Assembly: GCA_034430695.1 (NCBI GenBank)
Contig: DAOUEE010000200.1
Coordinates: forward strand, 19,834-83,833
DNA length: 64,000 nt
Reading direction: 5' to 3'
From: Anaerolineales bacterium
Lineage (GTDB): Bacteria > Chloroflexota > Anaerolineae > Anaerolineales > E44-bin32
Shown here: positions 11,548 through 20,909 of the stretch, piece after piece
How positions within the stretch are numbered: the first letter of the stretch is position 1
Layout: each line of letters starts with the position of its first letter
Notes under the pieces: generated by a model
Database searches by the model: none
Seen by the model: the letters and a program-made list of their open reading frames with translations, nothing else
What the model was told of the DNA's origin: nothing
Made by a program: the position numbers and the translations under genes

Positions 11548-12349
11548 GATTCCAATCGAAGAGAGTCGCAGCATTTCGCCAAGTTGCATCCGATGCCTGA
11601 CTCTCGTTTATCCCCATGATACCTGCAAATTTCTCGGCGACAAACCTCACGTAGGCAGGTTCGTTGCGTTTACCGCGAAAGGGATGCGGGGTGAGATAGG
11701 GGGAATCCGTCTCCAGCAATAACCTCGTGATCGGTATCTGTGACACGACTTCACGTAAACGATCTGCATTGCGAAAGGTCACCGGGCCCGCCACGCCGAA
11801 ATAGAATCCTGCTTCTGCGGCGAGTTGGGCGGTTTCGATGTCCGCTGAATACGCATGCAGCACGCCAGCCCGTTCTCGAAGGACTTCAGGTAAATCTCGA
11901 GACCAGTGAAGTAAATTTTCGATGACATCCTGTGTTGCTTCACGATTATGAATCACGACGGGTAGTCCAATCTCGGCGGCGAGTGCCAATTGATCCCGGA
12001 AGGCGAGTTTTTGCTGCTCCGGTGTGGAAAGGTTGCGGTAGTAATCCAGCCCGATTTCACCGATAGCAACGACACCTGCAGAACGAGCGAGCTCGCCGAT
12101 CTGCGCTGCAGCGTTGGAATCCCACGTACGAGCGTCGTGTGGGTGAATTCCAACGGCAGCGTATATGTTAGTGTGGCTCTGTGATAATTCTACCGCCAGT
12201 CTGCTGGTAGGGAGATCGATTCCCGGAACGAGAATGCGCTCTACGCCCGCTTTCCTGGCCCGTTCGATAACTTCGTTTCGATCCTGGTCGAATTGGGACA
12301 GCACGAGATGGCAGTGCGTGTCGGCGAGTCTCCTTTTCGATGCATTCAT
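11519..12349 (-). CDS. tatD: TatD family metal-dependent hydrolase/DNase
   Basis: DTHCHL N-terminus and a TatD-like length and pattern (GEIGLDY, ETDSPYL). Confidence 0.85.
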   Translation of the reverse strand: MNASKRRLADTHCHLVLSQFDQDRNEVIERARKAGVERILVPGIDLPTSRLAVELSQSHTNIYAAVGIHPHDARTWDSNAAAQIGELARSAGVVAIGEIGLDYYRNLSTPEQQKLAFRDQLALAAEIGLPVVIHNREATQDVIENLLHWSRDLPEVLRERAGVLHAYSADIETAQLAAEAGFYFGVAGPVTFRNADRLREVVSQIPITRLLLETDSPYLTPHPFRGKRNEPAYVRFVAEKFAGIMGINESQASDATWRNAATLFDWNHGNDDRNLL

Positions 12350-13773
12350 TCAATGCCCGCGATGCGAAGCCCGTCCTGGAGAATGGGCTCTACCCGGTCG
12401 GATTGCGTCGTTTCACAATATACCCGGATGATCGGTTCGGTTCCGGAGAACCGGATGAGCAACCAGCCACCATCTTCCAATTCGTACTTGTATCCGTCGA
12501 GCGTGTTGATATTGGTTACTTTTAGCCCTGCTATCTTTTCAGGGGACGCTTGCTGTACACGCTTTTTTATCGATTCGTGTTCGTCGGCCGCCAGGCGGGT
12601 GTCGATGCGCTCGTAGTAATGAGGTCCGACTTTTTTGAACAACAAGTCGATGAGTTCCGTAGGTTTACATTTGAGACGAACCATCATGTCGAGAAGATAC
12701 AAGCCGGCGAGGATGCCGTCGCGTTCGGGGACGTGACCGCGGAAGGCATATCCGCCGGATTCCTCTCCGCCGATGAGCGCATCCACTTCGAGCATCTTGG
12801 GCGCCACATATTTGAAGCCCACACCCGTTTCGTACACGGGTACGTCGTAGATTTCGCCGAGTTTGTTCAGCATCGACGTTGTCGAAAGCGTCTTTACGAT
12901 CGGGCCTCGCTTTCCCAGAACTTCGAGCATGTGATAGGCCAATAAACCATAAACTCGCAGCTGGTCTACGAACTTCCCGTGTTCGTCGCCCATACCTACA
13001 CGATCCGCGTCGCCATCCGTGACCAGCAGGACATCGGCGTTGTGTTCTTTGGTCGCTGCAAGCCCGACATCGATGTTGGGCGGGATAGGTTCGGGCCGGA
13101 CCATTTCGGGAAAAATGGGATTTCGCTGATTGTGGATTTCGATGACTTTGGTCTTGTCGCCACTCAAGAGTTTAGTAAACCAGCCGCTTCCGTTTCCCCA
13201 CATTGAATCGACCAGCACGGTCAGACCGGCTTTACGGATCGGTTTCAAGTCGACCAGACTCTTGATTTGTTCGATGTAAGCGGGTGCCGGGTCGAAATAA
13301 GCAACCTTTTCCTGTTCGAGCGCATCTTCGATTGGTATGCGGGGAATGTCGTCTTCACTTGCCGGGATTTTTGCCTCGATCTGCTTCAGGCCCTGAGGGT
13401 CGATCGCACCGCCATGTCGATCGCGCACTTTAAATCCGTTGTCGCTGGGAGGGTTGTGGGAGGCGGTAATGTTGATCGCGCCGATAGCATGATTGTGGAC
13501 TGCGGCATAGGAGATCGTGGGCGTTGGAGAAGCACCGTCCGTCAGCAAGACCTGGAAGCCATTGGCGGCTAATACTTCTGCAGCCGCAGCCGCGAAGTTT
13601 TCCGAACCGAAGCGTTGATCGTAGCCTACGACGACTTTCTCTCCTGCGCCCTCAATCTCGAGCAGATACTGTGCAAAACCCTGTGTGCAGCGCCGTACGC
13701 CCGAAAAAGTATAGTTTTCAGCGATACGGCCGCGCCAGCCGTCCGTGCCAAATCGAATCGAGTTAGCTGTCAT
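12346..13773 (-). CDS. alpha-D-phosphohexomutase (phosphoglucomutase/phosphomannomutase)
   Basis: Active-site [13 protein letters not shown], metal loop TDGDADR and GEESGG. Its stop overlaps the tatD start by 4 nt. Confidence 0.85.
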   Translation of the reverse strand: MTANSIRFGTDGWRGRIAENYTFSGVRRCTQGFAQYLLEIEGAGEKVVVGYDQRFGSENFAAAAAEVLAANGFQVLLTDGASPTPTISYAAVHNHAIGAINITASHNPPSDNGFKVRDRHGGAIDPQGLKQIEAKIPASEDDIPRIPIEDALEQEKVAYFDPAPAYIEQIKSLVDLKPIRKAGLTVLVDSMWGNGSGWFTKLLSGDKTKVIEIHNQRNPIFPEMVRPEPIPPNIDVGLAATKEHNADVLLVTDGDADRVGMGDEHGKFVDQLRVYGLLAYHMLEVLGKRGPIVKTLSTTSMLNKLGEIYDVPVYETGVGFKYVAPKMLEVDALIGGEESGGYAFRGHVPERDGILAGLYLLDMMVRLKCKPTELIDLLFKKVGPHYYERIDTRLAADEHESIKKRVQQASPEKIAGLKVTNINTLDGYKYELEDGGWLLIRFSGTEPIIRVYCETTQSDRVEPILQDGLRIAGIE

Positions 13774-13989
13774 CCTGCCTCCTGAGAAACCACGATCGAA
13801 ACGGCATTACACAAAGCGAGCCAGGCGATGAGCAACCTGGCCGTTGAGATCTGAAACAGGGCTGTGCCCAGAACGAATTCCAACGCCTCTCGGATCGACT
13901 GGGTTGGCGGCGTTCGTGTAATCGACAATAAACCAACCCCGGTTAGTAAAAAAATTATACCGTGAAAAAAGTACGCTTACTAGAGAAGC

Positions 13990-14018
13990 TTGAAATTCTT
14001 ATCCGTGCATGATAAACT
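13990..14018 (+). promoter_or_regulatory. sigma70-like promoter of the rpsF-ssb-rpsR operon
   Basis: TTGAAA (13990-13995), 17 nt, then TAAACT (14013-14018), with an extended -10 TG at 14010-14011. This leaves a roughly 90-nt leader. Confidence 0.5.
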
Positions 14019-14116
14019 ACCGTCTGTTGCCGCGTTGTCAGTCGAACGCGCTTTCCGCTCCCATTCTGAACCGCTCGGTTTAGGATCGGGGGCAATCCCG
14101 AGGAAAGGAAAACCCG

Positions 14117-14407
14117 ATGCGCAGCTATGAGTTAGCGTATATTGCACACCCTGAGTTGGACGAAACTGAACTGAAGGCCCTCGAAGAGAGAGTAACCGGT
14201 TGGATCGATGCCGCCGGGGGAAAAACCGTTAAAGTAGATCGTTGGGGCAAACGTCGATTGGCCTATGAGATCGGAAAGCACAGCGACGGTCATTATTTTA
14301 TTATCGAAGTCGAGATGCCGCCGGAAGCCGGTGCAGTCATAGAACGCGATCTCCGTCTCAGCGAACAAATCCTGCGGTTTATGATCACGCTCCAAGATCG
14401 TGGATAA
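14117..14407 (+). CDS. rpsF: 30S ribosomal protein S6
   Basis: MRSYELAYIAHPELDE... is a typical S6 sequence and length. Confidence 0.93.
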   Translation: MRSYELAYIAHPELDETELKALEERVTGWIDAAGGKTVKVDRWGKRRLAYEIGKHSDGHYFIIEVEMPPEAGAVIERDLRLSEQILRFMITLQDRG

Positions 14408-14452
14408 TACGAGAGACATCAGGTAAGGGGAGACAAGCGAAAGGAGCCTGAG

Positions 14453-14848
14453 ATGAGTCGTGGGTTGAATAAAGTAATGATCATCGGTCACTTGGGACGC
14501 GATCCCGAAATGCGTTATACACCGTCGGGACGTCCGGTGACGACGTTCAGTGTAGCGACGACGCGTTCATGGACTTCTGCCGATGGCGAAAGACACGAGG
14601 AAACGGAATGGTTCAACGTCGTCGCCTGGGGTTCATTGGCGGAGATATGCAATCAATACTTGCACAAAGGGCAGCAAGTTTACGTGGAAGGGCGTTTGCA
14701 AACCCGCCGTTGGGAAGACAACGAGGGAAACAAGCATTTCACAACGGAATTGGTGGCCAAGGAGATGATCATACTCGGCGACCGCCGGGATATATCGAAC
14801 GACGCACCAATTTCCAGCGAAGCGATGGAAGAGGATTTTCCCTTCTAG
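14453..14848 (+). CDS. ssb: single-stranded DNA-binding protein
   Basis: LNKVMIIGHLGRDPEMRYT OB-fold N-terminus and an acidic C-terminal tip EEDFPF. Confidence 0.93.
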   Translation: MSRGLNKVMIIGHLGRDPEMRYTPSGRPVTTFSVATTRSWTSADGERHEETEWFNVVAWGSLAEICNQYLHKGQQVYVEGRLQTRRWEDNEGNKHFTTELVAKEMIILGDRRDISNDAPISSEAMEEDFPF

Positions 14849-14905
14849 TAAATCGGCATAATTCCATCACGATGAAGGATACCCTAAAGCATAGGAGTAA
14901 GGACA

Positions 14906-15226
14906 TTGTCTGAAGACGAAGAACTGATAGAAGACGAAGAAGAGGACGAAGACGAAGACGGTCAATCACATCGACGCTCGCGCTCTCCCCGCAGGGGCCG
15001 ACGTTTCACACGCCGGCCGAGAGTGTGCCAATTTTGCGCGGATAAGACCAAGGAACTCGATTACAAACATATCGATCTGCTCAAACGCTACGTAACCGAA
15101 CAGGGCAAGATCCGCTCTCGACGCGAGACGGGCGCGTGCGCCAAACATCAGCGTATGGTTGCAAAAGCCGTCAAACGCGCGAGGCACATGGCTCTGATCC
15201 CCTTCGCAGCGGAGCGATATCGATAA
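14906..15226 (+). CDS. rpsR: 30S ribosomal protein S18 with an acidic/basic N-terminal extension
   Basis: S18 core [46 protein letters not shown] start 8 nt after AGGAG. The first roughly 30 aa are [10 protein letters not shown] followed by an R-rich stretch. Confidence 0.9.
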   Translation: MSEDEELIEDEEEDEDEDGQSHRRSRSPRRGRRFTRRPRVCQFCADKTKELDYKHIDLLKRYVTEQGKIRSRRETGACAKHQRMVAKAVKRARHMALIPFAAERYR

Positions 15227-15304
15227 TTGCGGAGTATATCCTCCCTGACTTTGTAGGCGGCGAAGTCGATAGCTTCCCTTCGATCTGATTGGTGGAGACG
15301 TTTC

Positions 15305-16447
15305 ATGACCAGGCAAAAACAACACGTGCGACCGACGAAAAAGCATTTGGCCCGGGCAGAACGCGAGAGAATCATGAGGAATCGGATCATTGCCGGTACG
15401 GTCCTCACGGCGATTCTCGTTTTCGGCCTCGTCGGCTATGCTTTCTACCATCAATTGGTCGTCGTGCCCAACGAACCGGTCGCCGTTGTTGACGGCGAAA
15501 AGATTACTACGAGAGATTTCCAAAGTCGTGTGCTCTTCGAACTACAGTCCGGCAGTACTCCCCAGGAAATTGCCGCCAATGTATTAGACACCATGATCAA
15601 TGGGGTGCTCGTTCGTCACGAAGCCAAAGTAATGGGCATTGAAATCCCACAAACGGAACTCGATCAGACGATCGAAGAGGCTTTTGGATACTACCGCGAA
15701 GGTACACCGACGAGCGCACCGTCGCCGACCATCGATCCGACCCAATTCGCCCAGAGGACATTAACGGCAGCCGCGACGGCGGAAGCCGCGGGTCTTGATG
15801 CCACCCCGACGACTGAAATCAGCGCTACACCGCAGCCAACACCGACCGAGTACACCCTAGAAGGATTCGAAGAAGTCTATTCTACGTTCCTTTCCAGTGT
15901 GGGTGATCAGACCGGCCTATCTGAGGTGCAATTCCGCCGCCTTGTCGAAACCAATTTACTGCGAGAAAGAATCAGGGAGGTTATCGGGCAAGATGTTCCC
16001 CTGAATGGGGAGAAAACGCAGCTGCGTCACATCCTAACTGACTCCCAGGAAACCGCTCAGGAGGTTCGTTCGAAATTGGACGAAGGTGAAGCGTGGGGAG
16101 ACCTCGTCCTGGAGTATTCCCAGGACGCCACGACGAAGGATTCCGGCGGCGACTTGGGTTGGTTGACGAAAGAAATCATCATTTCAGGTTTCGGTGCGTC
16201 CGCCCAACCGCTGGTCACGGAACCTGTCGGCACGATCTTTGGTCCCATTCAAACCTACCAGGGTTGGGATGTGTTCGAAATCATGGGACGTGAAGTGCAG
16301 CCGTATACGGATTACGAATATCAACTGGCGAAAAACGCAGCATTCGATCAATGGCTGCTTGAAGTACGCGGAAACGCAGAGATCGACGTCGCCGAGAATT
16401 GGGCTGATCGTATTCCCGAGGTTGATGTCTCTCAAACTGGGTACTGA
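15305..16447 (+). CDS. membrane-anchored parvulin-type peptidyl-prolyl isomerase (SurA/PrsA-like)
   Basis: N-terminal TM helix IIAGTVLTAILVFGLVGYAFY. PPIC-type domain GGDLGWLTK...GWDVFEI. Confidence 0.8.
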   Translation: MTRQKQHVRPTKKHLARAERERIMRNRIIAGTVLTAILVFGLVGYAFYHQLVVVPNEPVAVVDGEKITTRDFQSRVLFELQSGSTPQEIAANVLDTMINGVLVRHEAKVMGIEIPQTELDQTIEEAFGYYREGTPTSAPSPTIDPTQFAQRTLTAAATAEAAGLDATPTTEISATPQPTPTEYTLEGFEEVYSTFLSSVGDQTGLSEVQFRRLVETNLLRERIREVIGQDVPLNGEKTQLRHILTDSQETAQEVRSKLDEGEAWGDLVLEYSQDATTKDSGGDLGWLTKEIIISGFGASAQPLVTEPVGTIFGPIQTYQGWDVFEIMGREVQPYTDYEYQLAKNAAFDQWLLEVRGNAEIDVAENWADRIPEVDVSQTGY

Positions 16448-16699
16448 ACAAGAATTTCTCATCTGATCGGATCAATATTTACCTGGACGTTATCGAAGAA
16501 GCCGAAGAAAAAAACCTTACCATCTGGATTACGTATCACCTTTCGATGAGTTGTCGCAAGGTGATACAATCCGTTTAAAATGGGCTTGACGCGGGAATTC
16601 AGCCCGTCAAAGGCTGCCGAAGTAAATCGAAAAGGTTGTTTGCTGCGTTGATTGGTATTGGATCGAACGCCGCAATTTGAGGTCAGCGCTGGATTAAAC

Positions 16700-18865
16700 A
16701 TGGAGTTTGAAGGCCTTCTCAAGCTTTTACCGGATGATTCGAGCCCCGCAGATCGGGAGCTCATCGAACGCGCCTACAAATTCACCAAGAAAGCCCATCG
16801 AGGCCAAAAGCGCGCCTCCGGAGAAGCCTACGTACAACATTGTCTCGCCGTTGCCGCTATCCTGGCTGAGTTGGGGGCACCGACTCTGGCGATCGTCGCC
16901 GGATTGCTCCACGACACCGTGGAGGACACGAAAGTCAGTTTGAAAGATATCACTCGCGATTTCGGCGACGAAGTGGCACTCATGGTGGACAGTGTGACCA
17001 AGTTGACCCAGCTGCCACGCGTCAGTCGACGCGCCGGAAGCGGTAAAGAACCTCGAGCCACGAAAAGCGAATTGGCCAAAGAAACCCTGCGGAAGACCTT
17101 TCTGGCCATGGGTGACGACGTTCGCGTCGTCGTGATCAAGCTTGCCGATCGCCTGCACAATATGCGCACGCTGTCCCATCTTCCACCAGAGAAACAGAAA
17201 CGAATCGCCGAGGAGACCCTGGAGATTTTTGCCCCGCTGGCCAACCGGTTGGGAATCTGGCAGATGAAGTGGGAATTGGAGGATCTGGCCTTTCGCTACG
17301 TCCATCCGGAAAAATACAAGGAGATCGCCGAGAACGTCGCCAAACGGCGGGTCGATCGCGAGCAGGATTTGGAGCAGATATCGAAGCAGTTGAAGACGGT
17401 CCTGGCGGAAGCGGGCGTACAGGCAGAAGTCTACGGACGCCCGAAGCATCTCTATTCCATCTACCGCAAGATGGACCGTAAAGAGGTGCCGTTCGAAATG
17501 GTCTACGACGTCCGCGGGGTGCGTGTGATCGTGGAGAACGAGTCGCTCTGCTACCTGGCGTTGGGAGTCATCCACAATCGCTGGAAACCCATACCGGGTA
17601 CGTTCGACGATTACATCGCCACGCCGAAGGATAACTTCTACCAGTCCTTGCATACAGCCGTGGTTTACAACGATGGCGGCACCCTCGAAGCCCAAATCCG
17701 CACACCGTCGATGCACGAAAAGGCTGAATATGGCATTGCGGCGCATTGGCGCTACAAGGAAGGTCGACCGAGAGACGATACCTTCGAACAGCGGATTATC
17801 TGGCTGCGCAAATTGATGGAATGGCGCCAGGACGTCGACGACGCCGGCGACTTCGTGGATGCGATGAAATCGGACGTCTTCAACGATCGCGTGTATGTTT
17901 TTACGCCCAAGGGCGACGTGATCGACTTGCCGGCAGGATCGACCCCCATTGATTTTGCCTACCACATTCACACGGACATCGGCCATCGCTGCCGTGGTGC
18001 AAAAGTGGGGGGTAAGCTGGTTCCTCTGAATTACAAGATCCGGACCGGAGATTCCGTCGAAATTCTAACGGCGAAGCGAGGCGGACCCAGTCGGGATTGG
18101 CTCAATCCGAGCCTGGAAATGGTCCGCAGCCAGCGGGCCCGCAGCAAGATTCGGCAGTGGTTCCGCCGGCGTGATCGTGAATTAAACATCTCGCACGGCC
18201 GTCTGCTGCTGGAACGTGAATTGAAACGCCTGGGTGTAGAAAGCGTCTCTTACGAAAGAATTGCCCGGGATTTAGGATACCCGAACGCGGAGGAAATGCA
18301 GGTTGCCATCGGTTGCGGTGATCTGCACCTGAATAAAATCATCGCCAAGGTCGTCGAGGAAGAGGAAGACGAATTCGGTTTTGCGGAAATTCTGGAGCCC
18401 GTTCCGGCGAAAGATGTCACGACCGAAGACGTAAGCATACTCGGGTTGTCGGGGGGCTTGCTTTCCCGAATGGCGATGTGTTGCAAGCCGGCGCCGGGAG
18501 ATCCGATCGTGGGATACATCACGCGCGGACGCGGCGCAACGATCCACCGGCAGGATTGTCCTAACGTGTTGCGGATTAAGGATCGCGAACGACTGGTGCA
18601 GGTCTCGTGGGGTAGACTACGGCAAACCTACCCTGTTTCGGTACGGCTGCGAGCCTACGACCGCGATGGATTGATGCGCGACGTGTCGACGCTCGTGGCA
18701 AATGAAGGCATCAACATGTCGTCGGTCCACGTATCGACGAAGAACAGTCTGGCGATGTTCGATTTGGTGATGGATGTAACCGATATCGAGCAGTTAAGCC
18801 GCGTGCTCAACCGCCTGGAGGCGCTTCCCAATGTTCTCGAAGCACGACGGCTTCGTCCCGGGTGA
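16700..18865 (+). CDS. relA: bifunctional (p)ppGpp synthetase/hydrolase, RelA/SpoT family
   Basis: HD hydrolase motif (LLHDTVEDT), synthetase domain (YQSLHTAV), and TGS and ACT-like C-terminal regions. Start taken at ATG 16700 (MEFEGLL). Confidence 0.93.
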   Translation: MEFEGLLKLLPDDSSPADRELIERAYKFTKKAHRGQKRASGEAYVQHCLAVAAILAELGAPTLAIVAGLLHDTVEDTKVSLKDITRDFGDEVALMVDSVTKLTQLPRVSRRAGSGKEPRATKSELAKETLRKTFLAMGDDVRVVVIKLADRLHNMRTLSHLPPEKQKRIAEETLEIFAPLANRLGIWQMKWELEDLAFRYVHPEKYKEIAENVAKRRVDREQDLEQISKQLKTVLAEAGVQAEVYGRPKHLYSIYRKMDRKEVPFEMVYDVRGVRVIVENESLCYLALGVIHNRWKPIPGTFDDYIATPKDNFYQSLHTAVVYNDGGTLEAQIRTPSMHEKAEYGIAAHWRYKEGRPRDDTFEQRIIWLRKLMEWRQDVDDAGDFVDAMKSDVFNDRVYVFTPKGDVIDLPAGSTPIDFAYHIHTDIGHRCRGAKVGGKLVPLNYKIRTGDSVEILTAKRGGPSRDWLNPSLEMVRSQRARSKIRQWFRRRDRELNISHGRLLLERELKRLGVESVSYERIARDLGYPNAEEMQVAIGCGDLHLNKIIAKVVEEEEDEFGFAEILEPVPAKDVTTEDVSILGLSGGLLSRMAMCCKPAPGDPIVGYITRGRGATIHRQDCPNVLRIKDRERLVQVSWGRLRQTYPVSVRLRAYDRDGLMRDVSTLVANEGINMSSVHVSTKNSLAMFDLVMDVTDIEQLSRVLNRLEALPNVLEARRLRPG

Positions 18866-19094
18866 GCGTGAGCGATTCTCGGACCGAGAATTCTCGTATC
18901 GTACGCGATTTTTCAATACTGACAGCCGAAGGGGTTTCGTGTATATTATTTTCGTTGATTAATGAGTCATAAAGGGCTGAATCGAATGGATTGTGACGCC
19001 CGCTTTTGAGTCGTAAAATTTTCTGGAGGATGGCACAGATCTGGGCCAGTGTTATTCAACGACTGGTTTTGGGATTTGGGTTTCGGATGAAGGT

Positions 19095-19541
19095 GTGGAG
19101 AAGCGTGTGACCGCCGATCGAGTGAATTTATTGGGTTTGATTTCCGCCATAGCTGGTTTCATCGATTCATTCTACCTGGGTTGGTTGAAGATAACCGGCA
19201 ACACGGCGGCCTGTTCGCAATTCGGTGATTGCGATGCGGTAAACAGCAGTCCATATGCTATGATTGGAGGTATCCCGATCGCCTTCATCGGTGCGCTTGG
19301 ATACGCCCTGATCGTTCTGATGATTGTCATCGGAATGCGACGTCCGGTGTGGGCGGAAAACGTGAACCTGGCACTGTTCGGTGTCACTTTGATCGGCATG
19401 ATTTACTCTGCGTATCTGACGTATCTCGAAGTGGCCGTTATTCATGCGATCTGTCCGTTTTGTGTTCTTTCTGCGGTCCTCATGTCTTTCTTATTCGTCC
19501 TGAGTGCCTTGCGAATAAGAGAGATTTTCGTGAGTGAATAG
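19095..19541 (+). CDS. vitamin K epoxide reductase (VKOR) family membrane protein
   Basis: Four TM helices, loop cysteines ACSQFGDC and redox CPFC in the last helix. The GTG start is uncertain. Confidence 0.8.
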   Translation: MEKRVTADRVNLLGLISAIAGFIDSFYLGWLKITGNTAACSQFGDCDAVNSSPYAMIGGIPIAFIGALGYALIVLMIVIGMRRPVWAENVNLALFGVTLIGMIYSAYLTYLEVAVIHAICPFCVLSAVLMSFLFVLSALRIREIFVSE

Positions 19542-19557
19542 ACGGAGTTCAAAGCAT

Positions 19558-19839
19558 ATGCCTCGCATTCGTTGTCGCTACATCGACTGTTACTTCCTTG
19601 AATCGGGTTACTGCACGGCTGAGATTATCCGGCTTGATCCCGATGAAGGATGCTTGACCTATTCCCACATCGACGATGTCACGCTTTCGGAACCTGAGGA
19701 TTGGGAGCTGGATGAAATCGAAGACCTCGACGACATCGATGAAATCGATGAAATCGATGAGGTGTGGGAGGATAATGGCGATGATGATGAAGAAGATGAT
19801 GATGGTGTTGAGGATTGGATTGAAGATGATGTTTTATGA
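19558..19839 (+). CDS. small protein with a DUF1540-like Cys motif N-terminus and a poly-acidic C-terminal tail
   Basis: MPRIRCRYIDCYFLESGYCTAEIIRLD fits the C-x4-C-x7-C-x-A-x2-I pattern. About 55 aa of D/E-rich tail. ATG 19558 lies 9 nt after GGAG. Confidence 0.5.
   Translation: MPRIRCRYIDCYFLESGYCTAEIIRLDPDEGCLTYSHIDDVTLSEPEDWELDEIEDLDDIDEIDEIDEVWEDNGDDDEEDDDGVEDWIEDDVL
19732..19758 (+). repeat. in-frame 9-nt tandem repeat (three copies, the first imperfect)
   Basis: gacatcgat gaaatcgat gaaatcgat, encoding DIDEIDEID within the acidic tail. Confidence 0.7.
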
Positions 19840-19916
19840 GGGATGCCTTAACTGAGTGACGTTCTGATGATCGAGCATTGAATTTTCAAGCCGAAAGAGT
19901 CCAGCGGGAAAATGAC

Positions 19917-19946
19917 AATCGGGCGACAGGTACGCCCGATTTTTGT
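19917..19946 (+). terminator. intrinsic terminator after the acidic-protein gene
   Basis: ATCGGGCG / CGCCCGAT, an 8-bp stem with a 7-nt loop, followed by TTTTTGTT. Confidence 0.6.
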
Positions 19947-19992
19947 TGACTAAAACCAATAAGAACGAAGGATGGGTGTGGACGGGTCGTCC

Positions 19993-20724
19993 TCAGGATT
20001 CTGTCGATGCGGTCCGGACACGGTGTTCCAGCGTTCGCTGGAGAATGTCCTCCAGTTCGTCGCGTTTTGCCTGCTTTCTGCTTGATGGCTCGCTTGGAGC
20101 AGCCTTGGTGCTTTGATCCGATTGTTCCAGCGCCTGGCGCAACGCCAACTCCATCGCCGTGGGTGTTTCCGCTTCGGGTTCATCGGTTTCATCGACGTAA
20201 TTCTCGATGGAATCCTTCATGCTGAAGCGGATCTGCCGCTTCTTTCGATCAACATCGATGATGTTGACTTCGACTTCGTCGCCCAGGGAGACGATTTCCG
20301 AAGGGTCTTTTACGTACTCGTTGCTCATTTCGCTGATATGAACCAGTCCCGGACGCTCCGCCCCTACATCAACGAACACCCCGAAATTTTCGATGCGTAC
20401 GACTTTTCCTTGGAGGCGTTTGCCGGGCTTGAGGTCCTTCCATTTCAACAGAATGGGTTTCAACATACTCAATTCGAGCCGCCCCGATTCCGGGTCTACT
20501 CGATGAACCCAAACCTCGACTTCCTGTCCTTCCTGGACGACGTCTTCCACTCGGTTTACCGGGCTTTCCTTCAACTGTGAAATGTGGATCAAGCCTTCGC
20601 ATTCTGCGCCAACGTCGACAAATGCGCCTGCCAGGTCCGTCTTCGTCACACGCCCTTCGAGTTTCATGGCGGGTTTGAGATCTTCCAGATGGAGTTGTGT
20701 TCCCGTGTCTTCTTTGCTACTCAC
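19993..20724 (-). CDS. S1 RNA-binding domain protein (two S1 domains)
   Basis: Two copies of the G.V....GAFVDVG....GL(I/V)HISE/Q pattern. GTG start after GGAAGGTG. Confidence 0.8.
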   Translation of the reverse strand: MSSKEDTGTQLHLEDLKPAMKLEGRVTKTDLAGAFVDVGAECEGLIHISQLKESPVNRVEDVVQEGQEVEVWVHRVDPESGRLELSMLKPILLKWKDLKPGKRLQGKVVRIENFGVFVDVGAERPGLVHISEMSNEYVKDPSEIVSLGDEVEVNIIDVDRKKRQIRFSMKDSIENYVDETDEPEAETPTAMELALRQALEQSDQSTKAAPSEPSSRKQAKRDELEDILQRTLEHRVRTASTES

Positions 20725-20909
20725 TTCTACACCTTCCTACAGAAATCTTCATGAGATCCCCCTTTTTGAGCGTGTCGATTATACCACGGTCCGGCGTTAT
20801 CTCTCTGCATCGATCCTTTTCGTCTTGATGGTTTTTCGTTGGAAAATCCTTCCAGAATCGATGGAATGATATCTGAGGAACCCGGACTTGGATCGGCAAA
20901 GGAAAAGGC

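Noticed and set aside
19700-19830. Repetitive GAT/GAA-rich DNA considered as a possible CRISPR-like or satellite repeat.
   Set aside because: It is in frame within a coding region and encodes a poly-Asp/Glu tail. The only true tandem unit is 9 nt in three copies, and there is no spacer-repeat organisation.
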